DNA from: an uncultured virus (IMG/VR IMGVR_UViG_3300047480_000789)
Lineage: Duplodnaviria > Heunggongvirae > Uroviricota > Caudoviricetes
Length of the DNA stretch: 64,000 nucleotides
IMG/VR virus record: IMGVR_UViG_3300047480_000789
Strand: one strand, 5' to 3'
Of the stretch, positions 11,701 through 20,326 are shown one piece after another (positions within the stretch are counted from its first letter, which is position 1; every line of letters starts with the position of its first letter). A program made the position numbers and the translations under genes. The notes below the pieces were generated by a model. That model saw only the letters and a list, made by a program, of their open reading frames with translations. It did no database searches and had not been told where the DNA came from.

Positions 11701-13452
11701 CCTTTCACTATATGGTAAATCTGAAACGGTAAAACCTGAAATTGTTGATGATTTCCAAGCTAAGTTTTCAATTGATAACATATATTTCTTAGCGTAAAAT
11801 CCTTTTCCTCCGTCTGATTTGATGTTAGTAGATTTACCAAAACCCTTATTACCGTCAGACATTGGTGCTATATTCAGATTCCACGTGTTATCTAAAACAC
11901 TCGAATCAAATCTTCTTATATTTGTTCTTCTATATGGTGTGGTAGTCCCACTATAAAAAGGTCTATCCACTGTTTCTTTATACAACGGTGCGGTATCTTC
12001 ACGTGTTAAATATGGTCTATCTTTTGTCCAAACTCTAGCATATTCAATACCAATGTCTTTACCTGAATTATCAACATAACGTACGGCAGAACCTCTTGAT
12101 ATCAACGTATCCCCTTCCTTGAAATACTTACTTGTTTGGTCTAATATGTGTCCAATATGTGTCAATGCATCTCCACCATTTTGTGGTTTTGAATCTAATA
12201 TCTGTTGAGTTGTTTCTAAAATTGAATCTTTTCTAAAATTATATTTTGTTGAAAGACTATCTCCAATTTTTTTAACATCGTTAATTTTACCTTTATTCTT
12301 ACTAATCCAAGTCAAACTACCTCCTAACGGTCCATTCTCATTTAACCCTTTATTAGTATGAAATAGAGTCGCGGCCGTGGAATCAAACATTAAAGTTAAG
12401 TAATAACTACTCTTAACTTTACGACCACTAAAAAGGTCAGTGGTTGCTTGTTTTACATCATTCGCTCTATCATCACCAATATATGAGGTACCTGTAGTCT
12501 CAGTACCCAACAACGTCTTAACACCTTGACCAATAAGACTTGGTATTTGAAATAATTTACTTGACTGTTGTGACCTTGCTGTTGTTGAATAATTTGGTGC
12601 ATATTTTGAATAAGATAATAAGTCAAAAAGTCTATTTTTTGACGAAGAACCCATATGTTCAATTAACAAATCAGATGGTTTTTGTGAAGGTAATCTTCTT
12701 CTATCTATTCCAACCAAAGAACCCAAAACACCAGTTAAGTCTTGCCAAGCTTTGGTAGTGGATGAAACATCCGTAGGTCTTAAATTAATTGGATTACGTG
12801 GATTTGATAAATAATCACCAGGTATAATACTAAACGGTAATTGAGTTCCCGCAACCGTACCTAAAAAGTCAACACCTTTACCTAATATTGTACTTGATAC
12901 TGTTATTTTATTATTACCCTCTATTAGTGGTTCCTTACCTCTAATAATATTTATTAATGCAGTACTATTTCCACTTATCGCGTCGAGTATTCTAACCTTA
13001 GAGGTCGTTGCATTAGTTAAATTTTGTTGTATTCTAGCTAAAACGGGACCTTGTGTGTTTGTTTTAATATTTTTAGCCGCAAATTTAAAAAGTTCAGATT
13101 CTGTATCGTAATTATTGGTGGTCATAATACCAATCAATCCATCATCTGATTTTGTAAAATATGGGTATAGTGATAGGTTTGCCCTTCTAGGTAAATCTAT
13201 TAACTTATCCTTAATCATATATTCATTTGGTTTGAATATATTTGTTTTTTGTATATTAACCAAATCTTCTTTTCTACTTGAATCGACATTTGGTAAATCA
13301 ATGTTTTGACTATCACTTAAATTCTGTACCGAATATGTACTACTTGTAAATGTTTTTGGAGACGGACTTCTTTTATACACGGGGTCCAATGTTCTTTTCA
13401 ACATTTTATCCCTGAACTCCTTTGTAGTATCAAAATCTAAGTATTTCGGCAT
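8770..13452 (-). CDS. Large baseplate / tube-initiator-like protein with a possible OmpA-like insert
   Basis: 1560 aa downstream of the tape measure; FLGRPEPIYTY and PPICVLRVGDF...WDLNPEG segments typical of tube-initiator domains. Confidence 0.55.
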   Translation of the reverse strand: MPKYLDFDTTKEFRDKMLKRTLDPVYKRSPSPKTFTSSTYSVQNLSDSQNIDLPNVDSSRKEDLVNIQKTNIFKPNEYMIKDKLIDLPRRANLSLYPYFTKSDDGLIGIMTTNNYDTESELFKFAAKNIKTNTQGPVLARIQQNLTNATTSKVRILDAISGNSTALINIIRGKEPLIEGNNKITVSSTILGKGVDFLGTVAGTQLPFSIIPGDYLSNPRNPINLRPTDVSSTTKAWQDLTGVLGSLVGIDRRRLPSQKPSDLLIEHMGSSSKNRLFDLLSYSKYAPNYSTTARSQQSSKLFQIPSLIGQGVKTLLGTETTGTSYIGDDRANDVKQATTDLFSGRKVKSSYYLTLMFDSTAATLFHTNKGLNENGPLGGSLTWISKNKGKINDVKKIGDSLSTKYNFRKDSILETTQQILDSKPQNGGDALTHIGHILDQTSKYFKEGDTLISRGSAVRYVDNSGKDIGIEYARVWTKDRPYLTREDTAPLYKETVDRPFYSGTTTPYRRTNIRRFDSSVLDNTWNLNIAPMSDGNKGFGKSTNIKSDGGKGFYAKKYMLSIENLAWKSSTISGFTVSDLPYSERGNNGGRVMWFPPYDLKVSEQNSANWDKNTFLGRPEPIYTYQNTERSGQLSFKIVVDHPSILNLMVREHFKNMSEEDVDTYITAFFAGAKDIDFYSLIRTYTNLDSEDITMIQDYLNSSGDTNQIKRYRSTVSSPVVTNPNGTSTSDANSNNITFNGKLYYAQGTPTSDKKEGTVDYNSTFDYINTTDEILNTKDENITTLTLAVDSIISGDTNKKDRVIQFNTENEVPQSSADKVVDDLTTLYTTFESDLDNFKSTLTKLREDLEKDLVDRDIIVLIGSTSSGNSPDNENYQLTIRRSHSVVKSVLKEIGATYKEKWSFTEITKNAPGTQVDQIDIDYSFKELGFKGSGRLYFRTTNYGEKVAVNGVDCSKVVFTNPDLNVLSPISYGCRQSTVSLEYKRKNLTENQPNNNVKLSQLNNLNLGNKKPPIDVMKRIIMKTLSEEYYFKMLEETSPLVFGSLKEKLKYFHPGFHSMTPEGLNSRLTFLQQCLRPGNTIPVKGLSDDSDLNARNTSFGPPPICVLRVGDFYHSKVIFRDLNITFDDTTWDLNPEGIGVQPMIATITMQINFIGGQGLEKPIERLQNALSSNFYANTEMYDERSESTNTKIGGQDAETFTKSFLQSLNDTNTQKKNIKDKLGIKYVEGQYFGEFSGNTVLNYTTLIDNLYKYSIDYLDTYETLFNTLLTKYGPHFTNFILNNAYRNVSDYVINTDSVETDVMELFGVYKSVDDYNEYIKKLVSNIEGLLTNEKIVSIFELSDVVTTDNSDVISNSLFLSVLSIIDKKVEEISVLSSIKDFENNRDNIIQTIDKLNFIVKNGYDVKLENGKSYSVNLTSFDDSNFYSTYSDAIDYIKRNVETISSKFNTDVNDPTIELTDDLLSQVILGLVVSENKDTIINEIKLLKLGDEINDILDRHFDKVLNKNEIYNLRYGKKPKRKNNKPIVYNIGTEILIDTTDEIKQIFAISNDVTVELNYYKK

Positions 13453-13496
13453 TATATTCTTTTATCTATAAATAGGTAACATTAAAAAAACTATTA

Positions 13497-15356
13497 TTAA
13501 ACAGTTACTAAATATGAACCTTGTTGTTCAGCCGTTGGGATTCCAAAACCAAATGGAAATCTAACATTAATTTGACTTTTTATTATACTATTGTTGAAAC
13601 TTGTTTCTTCTTTTGGTCGAGTCAATTCTTCTCTTTTTCTCTTTTCTTCTTCGAATTTTTTTATTCTTTTTTGTTCTTCGACTCCACCATTAATTGCATT
13701 ATTAATAATATCCAAGGTATCTTTAGATAAATCACCTATACCGACCGCGTTACCATAATTCTTAACTGTTTGTCTAAGAACATCTAATGCATTTGCCAAT
13801 CCTGATTCTGTGGTGTTTCTCATAACAGCATCTTTGGCTCCCGAAACTGCAATTTCTTTTAATGATTTAAATGCACCACTATCTTCGGCAATATCTCTAA
13901 CAACAGGGGTAACTCCCCTTATTTGTCTGTTAGCCATAGCATTCACATCATTTTGGATGTTTTTAACTGCACTGAATTGATCCCGAGCAACATCCTCAAG
14001 ACTCTTTTTATCTAATAGTTTTTGATTTTCCTTTAACGTGTTTATTTGTGATTGTGTTAAATCAGTAATTGCCGTCTCTATAGGTAATCCTATTTTATCC
14101 GCAACGTCTTTAGGTACCGAAAGAGTCATCTTACCGTCTTTCATTTGGGAAAGATTAGAAATGAATTCAGTATCTTTTTCACTTAAATTAAAACCTTTAC
14201 CCGCCAAATCTTGTACTACTGAAAGTCTTTCTTGTGCGGCAATTGCACCTTTAGCAAATTCTTTATATTCGATACCTAATTGAGAAGCCATTTCTTTTGC
14301 TCTCCTTAAGTTAACACCCGTGATTTCAAATCTACCTTGTTCTTGATTATAAGTTGCCAATCCACTCGCCGCACCAATTAAAGCATCCTGTAAACCTTCC
14401 ACATTATTGGTTGCCATATACATTAGTTTAAGTGGGTCATTAAAATCACCAATTGCACCACCTAAAACTTGTAAATTTGCCGTTAATTCAATTGCACCGT
14501 CAGGACTCATAACTTTTTCTGCAATCTTATATACTTCCCCTAAGTTCATTCTAAATTCAAGGGATTTTTGTACCATTCTATTTAACCCCTCAACGCCATT
14601 TTTAAATCCGTATTCGTTTAGTTTACCCAAATCAGTTTTAAGTAATTCTGTAGTCTTTTTGGTATTTAAACCTAAACCCAACGAAGACCTACCAGCCTTT
14701 TCAATCGCGTCTAAAGTGTCGGAAGCTCCTAAACCTATTTTTTCGGCCTCACCTAATAATCTACCAACATCAGTTAAACTACCAACAAATGATCTAGCAA
14801 CAGTGTAGGTTTTATCTGCGGTTTCGGTCGACATAAAATTCGCCCTACCTGTAATATCCGCCATCGACTGAAACATTTTGGAAACTTCTGACATCCCATA
14901 CCCAAATCGTAAGGCACTTGTGGTTGATTCAACAATAGTGTTTCTTACACCTTCTGACAAATTTCCCGTAATACCGATTTGTTCGTTAATCTCAGTCCTT
15001 AACTGTTCTTCATTTTGTATTTGTCTTAAGATATCACCACCAAATTGTTTAATTAATTCAAGTGGGTTTGATAATGACGTCAGGGCTTTTAGATAGCTAC
15101 TGACATTAATATTATCGTCATCGTTTAATTCACTAATTCCTGATTTAGAAATTTCGGCCTTCATTGTTGCGGCAATTGCCGAACTCGTACCTGTTATACT
15201 ATAATTTAATCCTTCGTTATTTCTATTAGTTGTTCTTGATGAATTAACTTTGAGTCCATACCAAGATCTCGCATCCGCAGCATTATGACCATCGGCCACC
15301 GCAATTCTAACAAACTCGGATTCTGATTGATTGTTGTATAAATTTTCTAAAGTCAT
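13497..15356 (-). CDS. Tape measure protein
   Basis: 619 aa, helical, Ala/Gly/Leu-rich; follows tube and chaperone genes. Confidence 0.7.
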   Translation of the reverse strand: MTLENLYNNQSESEFVRIAVADGHNAADARSWYGLKVNSSRTTNRNNEGLNYSITGTSSAIAATMKAEISKSGISELNDDDNINVSSYLKALTSLSNPLELIKQFGGDILRQIQNEEQLRTEINEQIGITGNLSEGVRNTIVESTTSALRFGYGMSEVSKMFQSMADITGRANFMSTETADKTYTVARSFVGSLTDVGRLLGEAEKIGLGASDTLDAIEKAGRSSLGLGLNTKKTTELLKTDLGKLNEYGFKNGVEGLNRMVQKSLEFRMNLGEVYKIAEKVMSPDGAIELTANLQVLGGAIGDFNDPLKLMYMATNNVEGLQDALIGAASGLATYNQEQGRFEITGVNLRRAKEMASQLGIEYKEFAKGAIAAQERLSVVQDLAGKGFNLSEKDTEFISNLSQMKDGKMTLSVPKDVADKIGLPIETAITDLTQSQINTLKENQKLLDKKSLEDVARDQFSAVKNIQNDVNAMANRQIRGVTPVVRDIAEDSGAFKSLKEIAVSGAKDAVMRNTTESGLANALDVLRQTVKNYGNAVGIGDLSKDTLDIINNAINGGVEEQKRIKKFEEEKRKREELTRPKEETSFNNSIIKSQINVRFPFGFGIPTAEQQGSYLVTV

Positions 15357-15370
15357 ACATATAAATAGAC

Positions 15371-15523
15371 CTAATCACCATTTTCAATTTCAAAAATATA
15401 ATTAATGTAATATCTTCTGACGTAAGTGGGAATCGTTAAAATTTCATTATAACTAAACCCTTTTCTAACTAAATAATAAATCTCATTTAATAGATTTTTA
15501 CTATAATCCGTAGAAAGGGCGAA
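15371..15523 (-). CDS. Putative frameshift extension of the tail chaperone (GT-like product, about 292 aa in total)
   Basis: ATG-less +1 frame ALSTDYSKNLLNEIYYLVRKGFSYNEILTIPTYVRRYYINYIFEIENGD*, opening at the TTT TTT CGC site. Confidence 0.7.
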   Translation of the reverse strand, partial: FALSTDYSKNLLNEIYYLVRKGFSYNEILTIPTYVRRYYINYIFEIENGD

Positions 15524-16250
15524 AAAATTCTACCCCGAATCCAATTTGAACTTGGATTGTGTCTCCTGACGGGGTTGTTACGTTTTGGGTCAAGTCCAAC
15601 CCAGGCTTATTTTCATTCACAAATTTTCTAAAGTCTTGTGAATCTTTGATTGGCATTTTTTCTATGAAATTTCTAATTTGCATCGGATCTTTAATACCAC
15701 CTACAGATCTAATCATAAATTCAAGTTGTTTTGTTATAATCGGTGCAACACCATTACCATTCCAACTATCTCTGATTTTAGTGATCTCTTCTTCTTGTTT
15801 TTGTGTTAAAAATTTAAAAGTAACTTCACTTCCACTTTTCTCTAAAAAATATTTATATTCGCCATTAGAATCTTCTTCTAATGTAAATTCTTTCATTTTA
15901 ATTGTGCTCAAATCAATTCTAAATGTGAATGGTTCATCTGTTTTTGGGTCGATTGTTTTAAATTCATATTCAGAACCAAATGCCGTATTTCTAAGAAATA
16001 TTAAAATTGCCTCTTTATCTTCTTGAACAATGTCGTCAACATTTAAATCCTTATCAATTACTTTTCTTTTAAGTAATTCAGTAATAACCCCGTTGGTTGA
16101 TACTAAACTTGGTGATGATAATATATTTTCGTCAGACGCAGTTAGGTAAGCAACCTTAACTGATTTTTTTTTGTTGGCGTAATGAATACCTCTACTTGGT
16201 AATTCAATAACATCATATGCGATTGTTGGGTCTATTCTAAAATCTTCCAT
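15501..16250 (-). CDS. Tail assembly chaperone / baseplate hub assembly protein (T4 gp26-like)
   Basis: IELPSRG...YLTASDENIL...DKEAILIFLR...FF end; lies between tube and tape measure. Confidence 0.7.
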   Translation of the reverse strand: MEDFRIDPTIAYDVIELPSRGIHYANKKKSVKVAYLTASDENILSSPSLVSTNGVITELLKRKVIDKDLNVDDIVQEDKEAILIFLRNTAFGSEYEFKTIDPKTDEPFTFRIDLSTIKMKEFTLEEDSNGEYKYFLEKSGSEVTFKFLTQKQEEEITKIRDSWNGNGVAPIITKQLEFMIRSVGGIKDPMQIRNFIEKMPIKDSQDFRKFVNENKPGLDLTQNVTTPSGDTIQVQIGFGVEFFRPFYGL

Positions 16251-16295
16251 AGGTATAATTTATACTATAACTAGTTTAAAGTAAAGTTTTTAAAT

Positions 16296-16330
16296 GAAAA
16301 AACCGGTAATCTTTTGAACTACCGGTTTTC
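16296..16330. terminator. Terminator hairpin after the tail tube gene, possibly bidirectional
   Basis: AAAACCGGTA...TACCGGTTTT inverted repeat. Confidence 0.65.
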
Positions 16331-16347
16331 ATTAAAAAATTATAATA

Positions 16348-16836
16348 TTAGTAAATTAACACACATCTATCCATTCTTAAAGAACAGTCAATGTTAGCCA
16401 AATCATCTCTTGAGTAATCAAGTTCACCGAAGTTTAAGTCAGTGATAAAACATCCTTCTAATAACCATTTTTCAACTACAACACCTGTTGGATCTAATAA
16501 TTCTAAATCAATATCTTTTTTATAACCGGCAGCATAACCCATACGTCCTGTTACGGATTCTGCGTGTAAACGGAACCATTCCATTAACGCTTGAGCAGCA
16601 GATGGTCCGATTGGATCTCTGAACTTTACTTTCATTTCGTTCCATTCAAATCTACCGGCAACATAAGTTGATGTATTCAAGAAAGGAATTGCTACTGAAT
16701 TTATCTTTGCACTTGGTCTAGAAGCAGATGATACGTACCATTCGTTGATACCTAAAGAAGAGTGAAATCTAACGATGAATCGATTGACTCTTTTTGGTTC
16801 GTACGGAGTCGGCATTTTCATTAATAAATCGGCCAT
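16348..16836 (-). CDS. Tail tube protein (T4 gp19-like)
   Basis: 162 aa; YKKDIDLELLDPTGVVVEKWLLEGCFITDLNFGELDY; directly after the sheath gene. Confidence 0.9.
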   Translation of the reverse strand: MADLLMKMPTPYEPKRVNRFIVRFHSSLGINEWYVSSASRPSAKINSVAIPFLNTSTYVAGRFEWNEMKVKFRDPIGPSAAQALMEWFRLHAESVTGRMGYAAGYKKDIDLELLDPTGVVVEKWLLEGCFITDLNFGELDYSRDDLANIDCSLRMDRCVLIY

Positions 16837-17087
16837 ATTGTATTTGTTAAAATTTTTAAGTTATTTTTACTTTCTTATAAATATATCCAAATAGAAAATA
16901 AATTTAATTTGGATTAATTATTGGAAATAGTTGTTTTTATAATTTTTTTTTCGTAGTTTTTTACAGTCACCCAGTATAACTAGTTCCAGCATATCTTTCT
17001 ACTTAATTATATAACAATAATAAATACTAGAATAACTAGTTCTAGTATACTGGAAGTAATATAATTGTATAATTTTTATAAAAATAT

Positions 17088-17103
17088 TGTTCTACGTAGA
17101 ACA
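17088..17103. other. parS-like 16-bp palindrome
   Basis: TGTTCTACGTAGAACA is a perfect palindrome; 14 of 16 bases match the parS variant TGTTCCACGTGGAACA. Confidence 0.4.
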
Positions 17104-17104
17104 T

Positions 17105-17140
17105 AATAAGAAAGGGAAGCTTCTCAGCCTCCCTTTCTTA
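17105..17140 (-). terminator. Terminator after the sheath gene
   Basis: ATAAGAAAGGGA...TCCCTTTCTTAT inverted repeat. Confidence 0.7.
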
Positions 17141-17161
17141 TTTTTATACCCTCCTTTTAGA

Positions 17162-20053
17162 TTAGATATTCTCAAATGATGCTCCTGTTGGAGTAATGAT
17201 GAATTCCAAATCAATGAATTCAAGAGAACGAGTTGGTTTGATATAAATCTTACCTCTCAATGTGTTAGCATCAATATCTTCTGGATCATTTGATACCGTT
17301 ACACGGAACTCATATAAACCTCTTTCTTTCTTAATTGAATCTAAGATAGGGTTTACCAATCTTAAGAACTCATTTCTTACTTGGTCATCGTTTTGTTCAA
17401 ACAATAATCTTACAGAAACAGCCGAAATTAACTTTCTTGCTCTTAATAATAATCTTCTTACGTTGATTCTATCAAGTGCAGATTCTCTAACTTGTAACGT
17501 TTTGTTACCCCAAATAATAGTACCTGTATCAGAGAATGTGGCAATTGGGTTAATTCTATTCTTATATAATTCATCTCTTTCGTCAAGAGTTAATTTTTTG
17601 GTCGCCTTAACCGCATTTACTAAACCTCTTGAGTAACCCGCAACTGCGAACCAAGGATATGAAACGTTATCTGTTAATGCAATGTTCTTAACAACCTCAC
17701 CTGTTGGGGGGATATATAACTGAGTTGAGTTGTCAGTATCTCTAACTTGAATCCAAGGCCAATACGTTGCTGAGTAGTTAGAATCAATTGCTGCATCATC
17801 CAAATAACCAATCACCTCGTTTGCTGCGGTTGTACCCGTGATATTCGGTGAGTTCATAATATATAATGAATCTGCTCTTTCGTTTTCAACCATATCGATT
17901 GCTTGATTAACTAAAGAACTATGGTCATAGAAGTTAATACCTGGAGTTGCAAAGATATTAATATCAACTGCTTCTGGATTGGAGAACGTATTAATACCTT
18001 GTAAATAAGCGTAGTAATCGGAGTTACCCACAGATGGACTAAACACACCACCATTTGTCGTGTTACCACTTATGTATCTATTTTTACCAAATACGTAGTC
18101 GTCAATGTTAGTTCTTGTTTGTCTATATATATCCCAACCGTCGTGTCCACCGTATACTGCAAATGTAAATTTACGATACGATAATGTGGTTAATTTGTTA
18201 TCTACACCGGTTTGACCTTCTAAATCATAAGGTGTCGTTTTAAATTTAAATCCATTCGGTGTTGAACCCGTTATTGTTGATGCATTTGTTGATAAGTGAA
18301 AACCATATGTTTCGTCAGTACCAAGTACACCTTTATATTTTAATAAGTCATTATCAAAACCAACTTGTGAAGATAAACCTAAAGTTACTTTTTTAACTTT
18401 ATCACCTGATTCAACAGATGGTGTACCGTCAGCCGCATATTTTACAATATCACCAGCGTCGATATATTCAGTTTTGTAAAGTATATTTCCTAAAGTGGAG
18501 TTACCACCGAAATCCATATTGGTCGCAAAACCTTTAAAACCTGCAGGAATTGCGTCTGTTGGATGATTATCCACCATCGTTAACATAATAACTTTTGAAC
18601 GTAATTCATACTCACCGTCAGAAGTACCAATTTTTCTACCAATATAACCTACTGAATTAGGGTCCATCGAACATCTTGAATATTTTTCAAGAACTACTTG
18701 ATTATCATCAGTATCATTAAAGTCACGTACCAATAAATCAAATTCGGCGGTATCTAAATTAATATTTTGAATCGTTATTTTAACTTGAAAGTTAGCGGCC
18801 TCACCGTCGGAAATAGTAATTACTTGAAATAAATCAGCTACCTCACCACCACGTACCTCAGAAACTACCATCGGTGATATAGTTGTATCCCAAGAACCTA
18901 AATAATTATCACCTTCTAATTCATAAGAAACTTCCATCGATAATCCTCTAATTAAACCTCTTTCGTATGCCGATTTAACTAAGTTAGCGTATGATTCGTG
19001 TACATAAACGGGGAAATTACCGTAGTCTTTATCAAATACTTCACTACCTAAAACCTTAGTAATAAATTTACTTGATGTTGTGTCAAATGTACAAGTAAAT
19101 TCTTTTGCCCCACCTGTAACACCTGTTACGTTGATAGTGAATTCACCCATAGGGTTAAATCTCATATCATCAACCTCAGTTAATGTGAAACTTGTGTTAC
19201 CAGTTACTTCGTGAACTAATGTCTGTCCATCATAACGACCTCTTGATCTTATAGAACCAACAACTACCGCATCATAATCGGTATTGTGTTTTGCATCATA
19301 TTCGTATCTTCTAACGTCAAATGATGAACCATTCCACTCAAATAAGTAAGAATATGCACCATCTACTGTTGTCTCATCGTTAGGGTTTGCCAATGTATAT
19401 AGTACATTGTACCATTCTTTTGTGTTATTATTATCAGAGTTAAATTTACCCGTTAAAGGTGATTTAACTTCTTTATTTGCTGCAACAGGTAAATCTTCAC
19501 TTACAGCAATTGGTCCCAAGACGAACCACTTTCCATTATCACTCACTGAATAACCACTGAAATTTTTGACAATGTAGTCAGTTATCATCGTACCATCATA
19601 TGCTGGTTTTATCGATAAATGATCATATACTTCGGTAACGTCGTTGATACCTATTATTGTTGGTGTTACACCTGAAAAGTCAGATGAGGTTTGATATTCT
19701 TCTAAAACCACACCACCTACTGTTTTAATACCGAATGTTTTATATGGTTTATATCCCGTTAAACCAAGAACTCTTGTTACGAATAATTGATTAGATTCTT
19801 GTAAATATGATTTTGCTACATATCCTAATTCATACTTTGGATTACCATTTACGTCCTTTGCTGGTGAAGTTGGTCCAAAATAATTTTTAAATTCATCGAA
19901 ATTACTTATTAAGATTGGTTCAAAGGCTGGCCCTTTTAAGGTCTCACCCACTAAACCCAACGTTGTAACCCCGACACTTTGTGCTACGAATGTTAGATCC
20001 TTCTCTGATGTATACACACCGGGAGAAACGAATACTTTGTTTGAATTTGCCAT
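17162..20053 (-). CDS. Tail sheath protein (T4 gp18-like)
   Basis: N-terminal SPGVYTSEKD; C-terminal PWFAVAGYSRG, INPI, WGNKTL, RINVRRL, KPTRSLEFI. Confidence 0.95.
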   Translation of the reverse strand: MANSNKVFVSPGVYTSEKDLTFVAQSVGVTTLGLVGETLKGPAFEPILISNFDEFKNYFGPTSPAKDVNGNPKYELGYVAKSYLQESNQLFVTRVLGLTGYKPYKTFGIKTVGGVVLEEYQTSSDFSGVTPTIIGINDVTEVYDHLSIKPAYDGTMITDYIVKNFSGYSVSDNGKWFVLGPIAVSEDLPVAANKEVKSPLTGKFNSDNNNTKEWYNVLYTLANPNDETTVDGAYSYLFEWNGSSFDVRRYEYDAKHNTDYDAVVVGSIRSRGRYDGQTLVHEVTGNTSFTLTEVDDMRFNPMGEFTINVTGVTGGAKEFTCTFDTTSSKFITKVLGSEVFDKDYGNFPVYVHESYANLVKSAYERGLIRGLSMEVSYELEGDNYLGSWDTTISPMVVSEVRGGEVADLFQVITISDGEAANFQVKITIQNINLDTAEFDLLVRDFNDTDDNQVVLEKYSRCSMDPNSVGYIGRKIGTSDGEYELRSKVIMLTMVDNHPTDAIPAGFKGFATNMDFGGNSTLGNILYKTEYIDAGDIVKYAADGTPSVESGDKVKKVTLGLSSQVGFDNDLLKYKGVLGTDETYGFHLSTNASTITGSTPNGFKFKTTPYDLEGQTGVDNKLTTLSYRKFTFAVYGGHDGWDIYRQTRTNIDDYVFGKNRYISGNTTNGGVFSPSVGNSDYYAYLQGINTFSNPEAVDINIFATPGINFYDHSSLVNQAIDMVENERADSLYIMNSPNITGTTAANEVIGYLDDAAIDSNYSATYWPWIQVRDTDNSTQLYIPPTGEVVKNIALTDNVSYPWFAVAGYSRGLVNAVKATKKLTLDERDELYKNRINPIATFSDTGTIIWGNKTLQVRESALDRINVRRLLLRARKLISAVSVRLLFEQNDDQVRNEFLRLVNPILDSIKKERGLYEFRVTVSNDPEDIDANTLRGKIYIKPTRSLEFIDLEFIITPTGASFENI

Positions 20054-20167
20054 CGATTGTTGTTTGGTTAATTTTTTTATTACTTATCATATAAATATCT
20101 TTGTTTTTACCAAAGATTTCCATACTTTTTTAAAAAAGATAGTTATTTATCTTTTTATATCTTTATT

Positions 20168-20326
20168 ATGGAAAACAAAACAAAAAATGTTAAAATAGGG
20201 GAAAAACATCACGAAATGTTAAAAACACACTGTGAAAAAAACGGTTTAAAAATCTATAAAGTTTTAGAGAAATTTATAGAAGAGTATTGTAAACCTAAGA
20301 AAAAAGACATTTATGGTGAAACTTAG
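20168..20326 (+). CDS. Small ribbon-helix-helix-like DNA-binding protein (52 aa)
   Basis: Below the ORF-track cutoff: MENKTKNVKIGEKHHEMLKTHCEKNGLKIYKVLEKFIEEYCKPKKKDIYGET*; strand-helix-G-helix pattern. Confidence 0.65.
   Translation: MENKTKNVKIGEKHHEMLKTHCEKNGLKIYKVLEKFIEEYCKPKKKDIYGET

Noticed and set aside
13467..13474. Plus-strand TATAAATA copies as T4-type promoters driving antisense RNA
   Set aside because: Motif orientation flips with gene strand throughout the window, so the sense-strand TATTTATA reading is more parsimonious.
15490..15530. -1 frameshift or TAG readthrough for the chaperone
   Set aside because: The -1 frame reaches TAA within about 12 codons, and the TAG is followed immediately by an in-frame TAA.
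16837..17161. tRNA gene in the long intergenic region
   Set aside because: No cloverleaf or T-loop consensus found; the region is too AT-rich.
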